A DNA stretch of 53,211 nt, filler included, from Basidiobolus ranarum (lineage: Eukaryota): assembly GCA_040143965.1 (NCBI GenBank). It is 3 parts of 3 records of this genome, joined end to end, with 100 filler letters (N's around TTAATTAATTAA, not from the genome) between each part and the next. Parts side by side here need not be neighbours in the genome. Positions count along the whole stretch, not along the records: positions 35,583 to 53,211 come from JASJQH010007173.1; 2 more parts are not named here. The stretch is one strand, 5' to 3'. The notes under the pieces are model-generated. The model did no database searches. It worked only from the letters and a program-made list of their open reading frames with translations, and was not told the origin of the DNA. Numbering within the stretch: position 1 is the first letter of the stretch; the number at the start of each line of letters is the position of its first letter. This document shows positions 39,778 to 52,353 of this stretch, in pieces. The position numbers and the translations under genes were made by a program.

Positions 39778-41331
39778 ATGTGTTGGGGCTCACAGCCTCA
39801 AGAGGAAGTAGATTACTGGGATCCACGTAAATCCAAGTACAAGGTAGTTAAACTTGACGATAAAGAGATAAACTTGCCATGAATAAGACCGATATTAATT
39901 CCATTTCGACGGTGGCTTAGTCATTTTTATATAGAGAGATAGTCACACCACGTGAATATATCAAAAGATTGGTAGATGAGTGTTGGCAAGGAATCTTTTC
40001 AATTGGACATGCTGATGCAAAATCAAGTCGGAGACAAGGATTGTGGTTTCTGCGACAATTCTGTGTGATCTACGGATTCTCTAGTATTATGTTAGAATTG
40101 GTAATGGTTTGATGATTCAATATTACCCTAGTGACTATTACTAATGGAGGCCTGATCAACATAGCGAAATCCTCAGATGCTAGAACAACTGCTACAGATC
40201 TCTTTAATCGACGAACTCAAGAACATTCTACCCAAGAATCGTGACACATTCACGCAACTTTTGAAATATCATGATCAGCAACAGCAGCATTCTCATACTG
40301 CAGATTCGGGAACCCATGAGTGGATAGACGAAGAGGAAGATTTGGATAGTGTGAAATCTGGATCAACAGAGACCGAATTATTTAAAACTTTAAATTTCTT
40401 AAACGACGAATATCACATATCTGCAAAACCAAGAGAAGAGGATTTTTTTATGAACTTGATGGATCATATAACAAGGTAAGTGGCCCGTGAAGAGACCTGA
40501 TTTCTTATCGAAATCCAATTGACAGGTGCTATTTTCAGAGTTTCGGCACCGGTGTTCCCAGTTCAGGTTTTCTCACGGATATTGAAAAGCTTGCCAGAGA
40601 TTGCTCAAGATGAGATCAATTTCGAGCCCCAACTGGAGATACTTGGATGTATCGAATATCTACTCCACGAAGTAGCCAGCGACCCAGGCATGTAATTGGT
40701 TTAATTTACGTCATGGACCATCCATTGGATATTTAGTAACTTGCTTTAAAACAGTTTTTGGGAGCACTTCATCGCCAAAAACATGGTTTAGAGAGAGTCC
40801 GCCACGGACAGATATGGTCAAAATCGTCAACAAAGGAATACGTGGATATTCGGAACGATACAGAGAAAATGGTATTGATCCAAGACTGATAGCCGCTTAT
40901 CTCAAACATCAGATCAATGAATCCAATGTCCCACTAGTGCCGATTGAATTTGTCGATGTACTGAACGAATTGATCCCTGCGACAGAAGAGGACACCGGAT
41001 GTAAGTGATTGATTCGATTTCTTTGTGGCGAGTTTAAAGCAACTGACTTGATCAATTCACAGATGTTTGGCATCCAAGCGTCACTGTAATGGATCTACTA
41101 CGGAGTATGCTTCGTTTAAGTGCTTGGCGATGGGAGATATTTGTACGCATAATGGATCTGGTGGATGTCTTAATGAAAGATGGCATGTCAACATTTGCCA
41201 TTGCCATAATATTCCCATTGCAAAATCCATCAACATTTAATGATTGGGATGAATTCAAACGATGGAATTGGTGTTGGGGATGTTTACTTCAAAGAAGAGT
41301 GGAACTTTTCAAGCAATTTTCTAATTGCTAA
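39778..41331 (+). CDS. Hypothetical protein, about 6 exons, probably alpha-helical; start and first intron uncertain
   Basis: Chain of open exons separated by ~60-90 nt GT-AG introns (approx 39778-39843, 39935-40100, 40164-40475, 40539-40691, 40755-41000, 41063-41331); no family motif recognised. Confidence 0.65.
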
Positions 41332-42920
41332 ATAGTCCATTGATACATGACCAATTTTGATACTTTCCTTTTTCTCCTTTGAATTCCTTGGTCTCTCAAG
41401 TTCTTTTGATTCTTTTTATTCTTCAAAATCTAACTAAAGTTCGAAAGTTCCTTACTGTAAAACTAGCTAATGACTGGATCATGAATAAATAAATGTATGT
41501 ATGTGGTAATATTAACTGATATCTTGGCATCACTCACTATGAGTCTAATACGCCATGCAAATCCAATACACCGTATCGCAATACAGGGTGCTAACTTCCA
41601 GAGTTACCACCGGTAAAGTGGTTAAGAAGGGGCATGGTGCACAGGACCATAAAGGCACAGTTGAAGAGCATCGATCCACAAGAAAATATCCCCATTCAAG
41701 GAAGCAATGAGATGAGAGGGCTAATGATGTAGACCAGTATCAACAATTAATAAAATCCCAGTATAGGAGCAGGTGTTTAGGTGAAGTAGTAAATTGGGCC
41801 TTAAGATCAGACCTTCACCTAGTGAGTTTGAGAAACCTAGGCCATTCTTAGCACGCCAATTCACACCAGATAAAGGTTCATATCCCTCTCCCCTTAGTCT
41901 TTGTATGATGAGATTGAAGAAAACATCGAACGGTGGAACAAGATACATCGTCGATTTAAGATGAGCCTACAAAATATACCATATTTGATGCCGATTCGAT
42001 AGATCCCATAAAATACTTCTTTCTTCAGCTTTCACTTTCCTGATTGGATTTCAATGATGGGAATCTTGTTAGGTATTTGATGCGAAAGCATGGTCCATTT
42101 GAAGATCAGGTAGCATCTCAGTCAGTATCCCCTAAAATAGTACTAACAGATGGCCAAGCTCATTAGTTTCGAAGGTATCCTGCCATAAGCGTTAGCCGCA
42201 ATCCACGAGCCAATTCCTATTCCAGTTCCAGTTCATAAGGTAAATGAATAAAGCAATGGTATTGAGTGGATAAGCAGATAATTCTTCCTTCATTCACTTG
42301 ACCAAAAAATTCTTGTACTCAGGCCAGTTTAGTTGGTTCGAGATGAAAAAAGAAGTGGTTACATTAATCCATAGATATCTATACTTGTTTCAGTAGTAAG
42401 AGGTATAGGTGTGAATGAGAATGGGAACAAGAGCGGGAACAGAATAGTGACTAAAACGGCAACAGAAACGTGAACGGTGATTATAATTGGCAAAGCAGAG
42501 TGGCTCGATGTTTCCGAGACTTTATTCTGTATGAAGTAAAAGTAGAATAGTTGCGAAACTAAGGCTTTGATATCATTAACTTCATTATTACTATTACTAT
42601 TTGCTCTTACTATAACCAATTCATCCGCCATCTCATTGATTCGCTTGGAGGTTCGACCACCTTTTAAATGGGTCTGACCTCTCACAGTCTAGTCATACAA
42701 TCATACTTGTAATGCTTACTTTAGTGAGTATCTTGTATGGCGATACGAAAGTGCAATTAGGGTGCCCAAGCGGAATTTTAGGCTGATCAGGTTGTGTCGA
42801 AGAGGGTGAGGGTGAGGGTGAAAGGGTGAGAATGATTGGCAATCACTGAGAGTGAAGTAGGATATTTCTTTGACCAGCACAGACTTGAAATGTAAATTTA
42901 TCCCGGAATATAGGAGAGTA

Positions 42921-43202
42921 GATCCCATATTCAATTCTTCTATGGAGGATGCTACTCTAGGATCAATTTATTTAGTAAGTTCGATCGATGTGACTAGATC
43001 CCCTTGAATTCCACTTAACTCAAGATCGATGGCTGGTCACAGAAGAAGTACAGTCATCGGATCACAGATGAGATTCCCTTTTGCAGTAGTTCAAGGATAC
43101 TTGGTTTAATCAACGATTCATTCTCCACTGGTTTTCAGATATGTACCGCTCACCAACCACTCGTTGTTCCCTGCGCACCATTCACCTGAATCTTCTATAT
43201 AA
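42921..43202 (+). promoter_or_regulatory. Putative promoter of the C2H2 gene: cluster of six GATC motifs followed by a TATA box
   Basis: GATC at 42921, 42961, 42983, 42997, 43024, 43060 (two as GATCGA); TATATAA at ~43196-43202, ~65 nt before the ATG at 43266. Confidence 0.5.
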
Positions 43203-43265
43203 GATCTGCCTAGTTGTCCTATTGAGGAGTAAATCACCTCGATTCTTCCATCATCATCCACTTTC

Positions 43266-43766
43266 ATGAATTTATCTTTTCTTCTCAATCCCAGCTCACT
43301 TTGTACCATGGACTCTGGTGAGGACAGAATGAGCGCTTATGATGGTATCAAGATATGTAACTGTCCTTGGGTTGGTTGTCATAAATCCTTTAAAAGGAAT
43401 TCCGAGCTTATTCGACACGAGCGTATACACACTGGGGAAAGACCCTATGAATGTATGAAATGTCGTAAAAGGTTTATACAACGTTCCGCACTTACCGTAC
43501 ACGCACGTACACATACGGGGGAAAAGCCACATCATTGTCCGTATCCAAGTTGTGGTCATTCATTTACCGATTCCTCCTCTCTAGCTCGACACAAGAAGAG
43601 TCATTATGGATTAAGGCCATTCAATTGTCAATATTTAGGCTGTGATAAAGCATTCACACGTAGACCTGCTTTACTAAAGCATCAAAGGAAGCATTTCAAT
43701 AATCCCACTATTAATGCTTCTCGAGAATTATCGATTCCATTTCAAATGAAGATACCGGTTGATTAA
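43266..43766 (+). CDS. Small four-finger C2H2 transcription factor, paralog 1
   Basis: Four C2H2 fingers with TGERP/TGEKP linkers; helices [32 protein letters not shown]; intronless. Confidence 0.93.
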   Translation: MNLSFLLNPSSLCTMDSGEDRMSAYDGIKICNCPWVGCHKSFKRNSELIRHERIHTGERPYECMKCRKRFIQRSALTVHARTHTGEKPHHCPYPSCGHSFTDSSSLARHKKSHYGLRPFNCQYLGCDKAFTRRPALLKHQRKHFNNPTINASRELSIPFQMKIPVD

Positions 43767-44865
43767 TGCATTCTCAACCACACTCTCACCCATCACCCTC
43801 ACCTCTACCCCCGCCCTGGCCTGTACTTCCTACCTACACTTGCACACCTGTATTATAGTAGTATTAAAATACTTTCATATGGATTTTTATCACCATTCTT
43901 CACGTTCCGTCTCATCTTACCTCGCATGTAAAATAACTCCGCCCATTTTAGCATGGAATTTTTTTATGAAACCGTAACGTCATCCTATGTATACTTTATT
44001 CTAATGTATTTTATTATCCAAGAGTCTGATTTAATTCAATGAAACTATTACCAATATAAACGAATTCAATTCCATCCCATTCAAATCCATTCAATTCAAT
44101 TGATTCAACTCCATCTTCGAAATGATATAACAACCTTGAAAGTGGAATATAGTGTAGATCACTTTTCAATTTCTAGTTTCTATTTTATCATTAAATAAGA
44201 ATTTATTGATGATTTTTCTTTTGGGGAGGGGAGGGGGAGGTTTGATAATGTATGAACTCTATTCATATAATATTATTTCCATGTAAAAGCAAAGAATAGT
44301 TGGATGATGAATTCTCAATATTAATGTGTTGATTTTTCAAATATGTACATCGATTTGTAACCAATTTTAAACTCCCCCTCGAGACAAGTGGTATATATAG
44401 GAAATGATGTTCTGACATAGATGGAAAGAGAAGACGAGACAAGCCGTGACTTGAGGGAGAGATGATAGGATGAAATGCATAAAGGTGAATAGAATATTGG
44501 AAAACTTCTACTACGTACCACTTTATGTGTACCAAAGAATAGTGAAGAACAGAAGCGAAAGGGGAAGGGGAGGGGGAGGGGGAAGAGAGATGACGGGAAG
44601 GTGGAATTTTTTTGTGACAATCTATATACAAAAAAAATCGAAAGTGTACATGGAATTTTCGCTCATTACGAACATCACAATGAAACCCCACATTTACATA
44701 GAACGTTCACATCCATGAGAATCCAAAAATGATTATGTACCACTTCAGCCAACACACAACAAATTGATGGTGAAGATTTCTTTTCAATAATTAAGAATAA
44801 CTAATATGCGTTAAGCAATGTGACCGGTGAATGCAATTTATCTCCTTCCTATTAGATATGTATTC

Positions 44866-47800
44866 TCATTCGACTTTGTTCGCGTGTAATGTTTTGGCAT
44901 ATTCTATTTTAGAAGTGTTGCGTTAATATAATGGACTATAAAACTCACCCATTGGAGGATGCGAGCGAATAGAAAATGTTCACTTACTTAGACCGCATGA
45001 ATTACATAGTGTTCTTGGTCCCAATGGGCCACGTCGCCATTCAGGGGAGTCTTTCCGTTGGCACATGGTGCAGCAGTTGTTGGTTGGTGCAGATCTCTTT
45101 CTCTAAATGGAGAATTAATAAAGATTCCACATTAACTCTTTCTGTAAAATAACTTACCCGACGCTTGTTCGAGTTCTCAAGAGTGTCCAGCTCTTCTCGT
45201 AGATTACGGTTCGCCATTTTCAGTTGATGTAACTCATACTGCCAATTGGTTTTGTGATCAAGATTCAGTAGTGAAAACACATTGTCTTCACTCGTAGAGA
45301 CTTTATTGGTCTGTGGTGATGGCGCGGATGAGTCATTCGAGCTATCAGAGTTTTCGTCAGAACGATCGTGCTCTCGGGTTTGCGATAAAATAAATGAAGG
45401 TTTTCCATCTTGCCCAACATTTCCTGGGTAAAAAGTGCTAATGACTCCCACATATTGCCCTTTCTTGTTTTGGATGCTGTGCGTTAGCTTCACAGTGATT
45501 CCTTGTTCTGCTTGTTGAAATGCACGAGTAAGCGCTGTGGTTCGATCGGATTGTACTAGCTGATAAAGCGATGTCCCCTCCAATTCAGATGGTATGTGTC
45601 CAAGCACGTCTTGGCATGCATTAGTCACGAACAGGATCATACCATCCAAATAGAGTTTACACCAAAACTCTCGATCGTTGAAGCCACCACAGGTTTCTAT
45701 AATCTCCCGGGATAGTTTATACACTGGTCTAGGTCGTCCAGTAAGGATAGCGTACTTCCTACTTTTACTTTTATCCAGATGCAGACGGCCTTGTGCCTCA
45801 AACCACATATAGCCAGAATTCTTGCGTTTAATTCGATAAATCATACTAATGGTGTCATGAGAGGCCTCTTTCAGCTCTCTTAAGACTGGGACTAGATCAC
45901 TTGGTTCGCAAATGTCTGAAAGTGAGGTTCCGACTAGCTCTCCTGGTCGATATTCCAAAATATTTTCACAAGATGGTGAGCAGTACAGGAAAATCCCTTT
46001 CAACGAGAGAACATGGACGAAATCATCGGATTCTTCCAGCAGCATCGTATTCCACATTCTTGTAGCAACGTCCTGATCTACAGACTCAGAGACTCCGAGA
46101 ATTTTGTAAATCTCATTCGAGATTGGGCATTCATCAGTGTTAGGACGAGTCAATGACTGACCAAACTCCTGCGGGGATGATTGGAGAAACCCTACATAAA
46201 TATTAACACATGCCTCATGATTGTGAAAAATGAACAATCATGACGTACCTGAATTAAGAATTGAGCTAATTGGATGCGATCTAGAAGGGAAATTCTCAAT
46301 ATAAGTTCCGTCTAATAAAATCCAAATTAGCATAAGGGATTGCCTTCAAAACTCAACAGTAGAAATATACCTCGGATTTTCCCAAGAATTTCATGAGGCT
46401 GTTCGACCAAGTCCTGAGGGAAATAAGTGATTAGTTGTATATCCAGGTTGTTGTTTTATCCAAGCTCACGCTTACCACTTGGAAGCCGACGAAATGTGTA
46501 ACTTCTTCGCCATGCATGGATATTGGGATGATGGTCAACAAATTAACAAATGGCTACATCGTAATATCAGCGTTAGTATGCTTTGAACCACATGGGGCTG
46601 TCAATAATCGAAATAAACTCTATCTACCTGACCCCCTTTCTTGTAGTTCACAATAGAAACTTGGATTTCTTTGCCTTGGAGTATATAGTTTTTCATATTG
46701 TACACTGTGGTGTTGTCGGTGTGGCGTCTTCGTGATCCGAGAGTAACTTGACCATCCGGCGCTTGAAGAAACCGACAATTACGTCCGATAGTTTCGTGGT
46801 ACTGATACCCTGTCAACCTTTCGAAGGATTGTGTCGCATATACGATAGGAAAGTCATATTGACGAGCATCGGCTTTAGGAAGCAATGTGTAAGTATGGAT
46901 GATCGTCGGTATTGGATCCAATACGAGATAACTTACAAACAACAAAAGCACAGCTCATATCTACGGGGCCAATGTTGATTTGTGGATTAGACCTGAGGAA
47001 AGAGGAAATTCATACGATTAGTAGTGGACCAAAGTCAGTGTTTACATAGCATATACTAACCTATTGGCAATTTTCGACTACAAAAATAGAATAACATTAA
47101 AATGACCTATTAGTGAATATAATTCGAGAAGCAGCGCAACGTAAAATATCGAAAAGGGCCCATTTGGTGGTGAGATCGGTGGAATATGAACTTTCGTAAA
47201 AGCAATCCTTACCAGTATAGTGATCATGTCAAATCCGGTTGTAGAATACAATCCAGAAAACCCCAAGGAGTCGCCTCCGCAAAGCGTATCTGAAATAAGT
47301 GACGTTAGTGATGTTGCCTCCCACTGTCTGTTTCCTATGAGTAACCAACCTGAATGTGGATCTCGATCAGAATATCCTATTGGATCCACTATATCCAGAT
47401 TGAGGAGACCCAATTCGCCTCCTACACCGTGATCGGCACTCTCAGTGAAGTGCGTGGTCTGGATAGGGCTGAACATGATATTTGGGATATTCATGACGTT
47501 ATTATGTGTTTCGGTAGGAAAGTCACCTCTCGATGTTTCCGACGAGATTCCAGAGCCACTACAATTTTGAAAAGATATTAGAATCAAAAAACCGATGCCA
47601 AGAATTTGGGAAATTAAGAAATAGGGTACAAAAGATAAAATATATGGGATAGGATTCTTGCAAGGCCATTCTCTCTATTTCAAACTCTAACCTTTGGCGA
47701 GGCTAATCATGTCAACTGAATCATACTTTCTAGTGACCGAGCGAAACAAACAGAACGAAAGCTTTGCTAAAATTAAAAAACAGTTATAAACCGAGTACTT

Positions 47801-47996
47801 ACTAATCTAATGGCCTCATGGAGAAGTCTATCGATGACATTGGAGATAGTTCCTCACTAGTGCCAGAACTACCATGTTCCTCGAATTTTCTTTTTTGAGG
47901 AATACTCTCGTGTGTTGTCATGTTGGGATTTGTTGACGAACTTTGAGATATATTTGAAAACATAAATCCATTGAATTGTTGAGAGTTATTGGACAT
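44866..47996 (-). CDS. wc-1: White Collar-1 type blue-light photoreceptor/transcription factor (LOV + two PAS + GATA zinc finger); many exons
   Basis: [41 protein letters not shown] motif [67 protein letters not shown] finger CTMC-X18-CNSC; stop TGA at 44866-44868; the 5'-most exons are less certain. Confidence 0.95.
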
Positions 47997-50900
47997 AACA
48001 ACTCAGGGTTGAAAGCAAATAGTTGCTTGTTGTGTCGTTTACGTAGGGGTGTGTTCTCAGCGTACTACTTCTCACTTGGTATGGGAAGTGTGGTATGTTG
48101 TTTTCGATAGGGCTATCTTCTGTGGCTCTCACTACGTCTGTTCGAAGCTGAGCGATAAAGGATTTCTGTAATCGAATACTATTCAAAAATGTTGACTCTG
48201 CAAACGGTTCTTTACTTATTACAGGTGTAGGTACAATTTGAGTATTGACTGTAGCTAAAGGAAGAAAGTATATTTCAATTCAATGAGACAGTAAAGGGAA
48301 GATAGGTCTGATAGTGAAAGAGCAGCTCTTGCACAGATGATGCCTCATATATCTACTGAGTTTAAGATTTGGTGACAACAAAATCAAGGGTTTAAGCCAG
48401 TAAGATCAGTATACATAAATCCAAGATGGTCTAATATTTAGGGTAGTCATTCAGATGTTTATATTGTAGTCAATATCAGGAGCAATGAAATAGGAGATAT
48501 GGATTTGGATGTGGATATGGATGTTAAAAGGCCCCATATATTACTCGATCGATTCTCACGTAGAATCCTACTCTAAGAATTTCGTTTCTTGTTACCAAAT
48601 TTGGCAGATCAACCCTAACCCATCCGATTAGAAAACTACCAGGAATCGATCGGCTACTGCTAACTAACTGATGCCTCGCCCACCATATTGACACCCTCCC
48701 TGGCCATATATATCTGTACCCTGGCCCCGGCATGCGATCATACTAAATGCTGGGAAGTGAGAGCCGATGTGCCCTGAAGTCGATATTTTAGCCAATGGTT
48801 TCTAATAGGAAAGATGAAACTAAGCATTAACAAGTTCCAATTGTTTGAATATCTCCAGTTGGGTATTATTATGAGGTTTGAGTCTTCGCTCACTACAGGG
48901 ATCATCTGTAGCATAGATGCCGATTCACGACACTTTCAGCCTACCAATGTGATAATGTGTAAGCGCAGTCAGAATCACCAGATCATTGGTAGGCTCATAG
49001 TGAATCGATTTCGACCCATCTACACCCTACGATCGATGTCCGTAACTACATCGGCACCATCCACTTCTGAACCCCGATCTTATATTTGAATTAAAGACTA
49101 TTCTATAAATGCTCAGCTTCTCAGCAGATCGAAGTTATGAGTATCGGCATCGGCGGCATCTTAGCACTAATCTTTCTGTCAACGTACATAGGGGAAATTG
49201 ATTATGAACGACTGAAATTCGAAATTGGTTACATATCTCTTATGGTCCAATGGGTGCCTCTCCATAGTGCTGACGATGAATACATTAGCACTAATATGGT
49301 TCATTATATATTGTACAATTGATAGCATTAAAGAAAGGCGATGCTTGACGAAATTTGATGGGGAATTTATCTAATGATCTACGGTGTTTTGGATGGGTGC
49401 TCAAGCAGTATTAAACCAATATTCACTTTGTACACGTAGGATTTATTATTTGGTAAGAATGAGTAAGAGGGACCACCTTTGATGCCCAAAAGAAGATTCT
49501 CCTATCATGTATGGATGCTTATCCAAAATCATTACCAGAATGTTTTCATATTATGATGAAACTCTCCTATAGCTTGGTTGAAGTAACTTTACTGAACTGC
49601 ACAATATGGGTGTGACTGGCTCAAACTCAACAAAGAATCACTCAGATAATCATCTACTTGTACGAGAAATAAGTGAGACTTGGCCAGAGCAATGTAGTAT
49701 CACAGAAACGTGAAAATCTGGTTTTTTTGCAAGTGGTACCAAGATGAGTTGCCATCTTAAAATGTGTTTGCACTTTGTCCTCTATTCTGTCTCAGATAGG
49801 CCAGAATGATAACAAAAATAGTCTTTAATTAGAGTAGAGAGCATTTACCCTAACCTTTAACCTAACTTTTACTCTAGCATTGAGAACTTCCCTAACCCTA
49901 AGGGAATGGGCAACTGATTTTGAAGGAATCGCCAAGCTGAAAAATAATAATAATATTAATGGCGTCTTAGACATCTCCATAATTTCCGAGTGAGATTCTT
50001 GACTACGTGGCTCCCATATCAATCTGGATTGTACAAGTCATCTAATGATTGATTTGGTTGAGAATATGAGACCTAATAGGTAATTCTAATGCGCATAGAG
50101 GCCAGTGTTACGCTCATGGTGCAAAGGGTACAGTTGAAGCGCAGCACTGAAACACATGTACACAACAAATTCATTCAATCCATCTACTAAATTATACTAA
50201 GATGTTCGAAACATATTCATGAATTTATCATTGAATGGAGGCAGCGATTACGATTAGAATTCACAACTTTTCTACTGATTATCCGCGAAATCGGCGCTCG
50301 AAATACCCGAAGTTTTCTTGCTGTTTGTATGTAATCAGGTAAAGCCCATTATGGGTTTCAGGTACATTGGGTTTTTTTTCAACCTCAAACAAGTAGCCAT
50401 ATCTATAAGAGCACAGCAAAAAAAGTGGATCCATCAAAACTTCCGAGCACAGGCGGCGTTTATCGTAGCGATGTAAGCGAATCTCGATGAAAATCTTTTT
50501 AGTTCATGAGCGTGCATATAGTGACTTTTCATATAGCCAATCATATGGCATCAGGGCTAATCGGCAGAACACTATTCTATCGACATGGTTAATCCATCAT
50601 CCTAGGGAAAGTTGGTTAAATACACAATGTTTCGTAAAGTTAATCGGACATTGAAAAATAGACCATAGGAAAATAGTTGCTGAAAAGTGACAGTAATAAC
50701 CGCTAAATCGATAGATGTTTAGGAATCTAGAGATGCTTATATTTTGAAACTACACAGCATCAAACATACGAATTTAATTTGAAACCAAGGTCAATAACAT
50801 ATTTATTCTTAATTATATAAAGTTCCTTAAGTGATAATGAACTATCTACACTGAAGTTGATGCGTGTACACCTTCTCGGAAGCTGGCTAGTAGTATTTAC

Positions 50901-51007
50901 AATTATTCATGTATAAAGTATGAGCCATGCAAAAGGAGTTTACTCTACAATATACTTAACACTCAGATGTATCGGCCATGTGACATCACCGATATTAGAG
51001 GTATCGC

Positions 51008-51547
51008 CTACTCCACGAGGATTCTTGAGGATCTCGCTGATAGATACACATCCGTAGGCCTTAGGTTCCGCACACGAGAATGCTCCACATGCTTGTGCTG
51101 ATGTCTAACGAGTGTGGTGCGACGGGTGAATGATCTGTCACATCCATCAAACTGACAAATATATGGTCGAATACCAAAGTGGCTTCTCTTGTGGCGGGCA
51201 AGAGAAGAGGAGTCACCGAATGAGCGAGTACATTTAGGGTAGTCACAGTGGTGCGGCTTCTCTCCTGTATGGATGCGGAAGTGAACAGTCAAAGCAGAGC
51301 GTTGAATGAATCCTTTCCCACACTCTTGGCAGGTGAATGGGCGTTCGCCAGTATGTATTCTCTGGTGGCGAAGCAGGTCAGACTTACGTCGAAAATGTTT
51401 CTGACAATCACTCCAAGAACAAATAAAACTCTTATTTGTTGATGAAGAGTCATTACTATCGGAGCTACAAGTGGCACTCGCACTACGTATAGAATTCAAT
51501 GAAAAGATGGCATTAGGTGTAGGGTTGAGAATAAAGTCAAGATCCAT
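51008..51547 (-). CDS. Small four-finger C2H2 transcription factor, paralog 2
   Basis: Helices [33 protein letters not shown]-terminus MDLDFILNP; intronless. Confidence 0.93.
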   Translation of the reverse strand: MDLDFILNPTPNAIFSLNSIRSASATCSSDSNDSSSTNKSFICSWSDCQKHFRRKSDLLRHQRIHTGERPFTCQECGKGFIQRSALTVHFRIHTGEKPHHCDYPKCTRSFGDSSSLARHKRSHFGIRPYICQFDGCDRSFTRRTTLVRHQHKHVEHSRVRNLRPTDVYLSARSSRILVE

Positions 51548-52353
51548 TTGTGTTGGGAAATATTTGTTTTTTTGATATGAGAGAAGTATTTTTAATGATG
51601 TCGTTGGAGAAGACTTATGGTAGTTTTAGGTGGTCGATTGTCTCTTTATACTTTTTTCAGGGCCGCGATGAGCTTGGACTCCATACGCCGATGTACAAAT
51701 TGAATCGAGATATGAAGTGTTTATCACGTAATATCCCATTTTAATACATAAAGTGAATATCAAATCAAGCGATACAGTATTGAGTGGCCGATCTGCTCCT
51801 TTACCAACTATGCGAGGGCCAAAACCCACGATTTGCGTTGAGCACTGGGTACTCATCAGGACCAATGAGAGATGACCTTGTGCTTCATCGGCACACGTGA
51901 CCTGATATTTTCATCGCAATCTGCCGATCATGATGGATTCGTTTGGGTATCTATAACATTGTCTGAACAGTGCTTCATTAACTCAAGGTAACTCGGTGCT
52001 CGTCAAATGAGGTTACTAGTTTGTCTTCTCCCACCTCAATTCCTACATAGAGCATTGATAAGTGGAAGTATGTTGCTACAGATAGTGAAACAGTATCCAA
52101 CTCTCATATAGCATGACTTGAGAGTCAACAGTCTGATTATTTTGGCAAGAGGCAAATCCTCATTCCGACCAATAGATATTTTTTGATTGCATCAACTTAC
52201 GGGATGGTTGGTGCACCGACCTTTTTATCAAAATTCTTTTGCTGACACTGAAACGATTTTTGAATATCCACATTTTATTACACAAAAAAGAATTTTCTAT
52301 TCATATATCTACAGTAAGATGACCAACTATGCATACTTTCAGTTAAGAGTTCC

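Noticed and set aside
44263-44718. Overlapping 82-142 aa ORFs downstream of wc-1
   Set aside because: Low-complexity purine/pyrimidine-biased intergenic or UTR sequence; no recognisable domain.
10737-47996. One multi-sensory island (ethylene + light + polarity signalling)
   Set aside because: The genes lie on different contigs joined by artificial spacers.
49845-49902. Telomere-like CCCTAA/TTAGGG units (also near 35636-35735)
   Set aside because: Only one or two perfect units each; too degenerate to call interstitial telomeric arrays.
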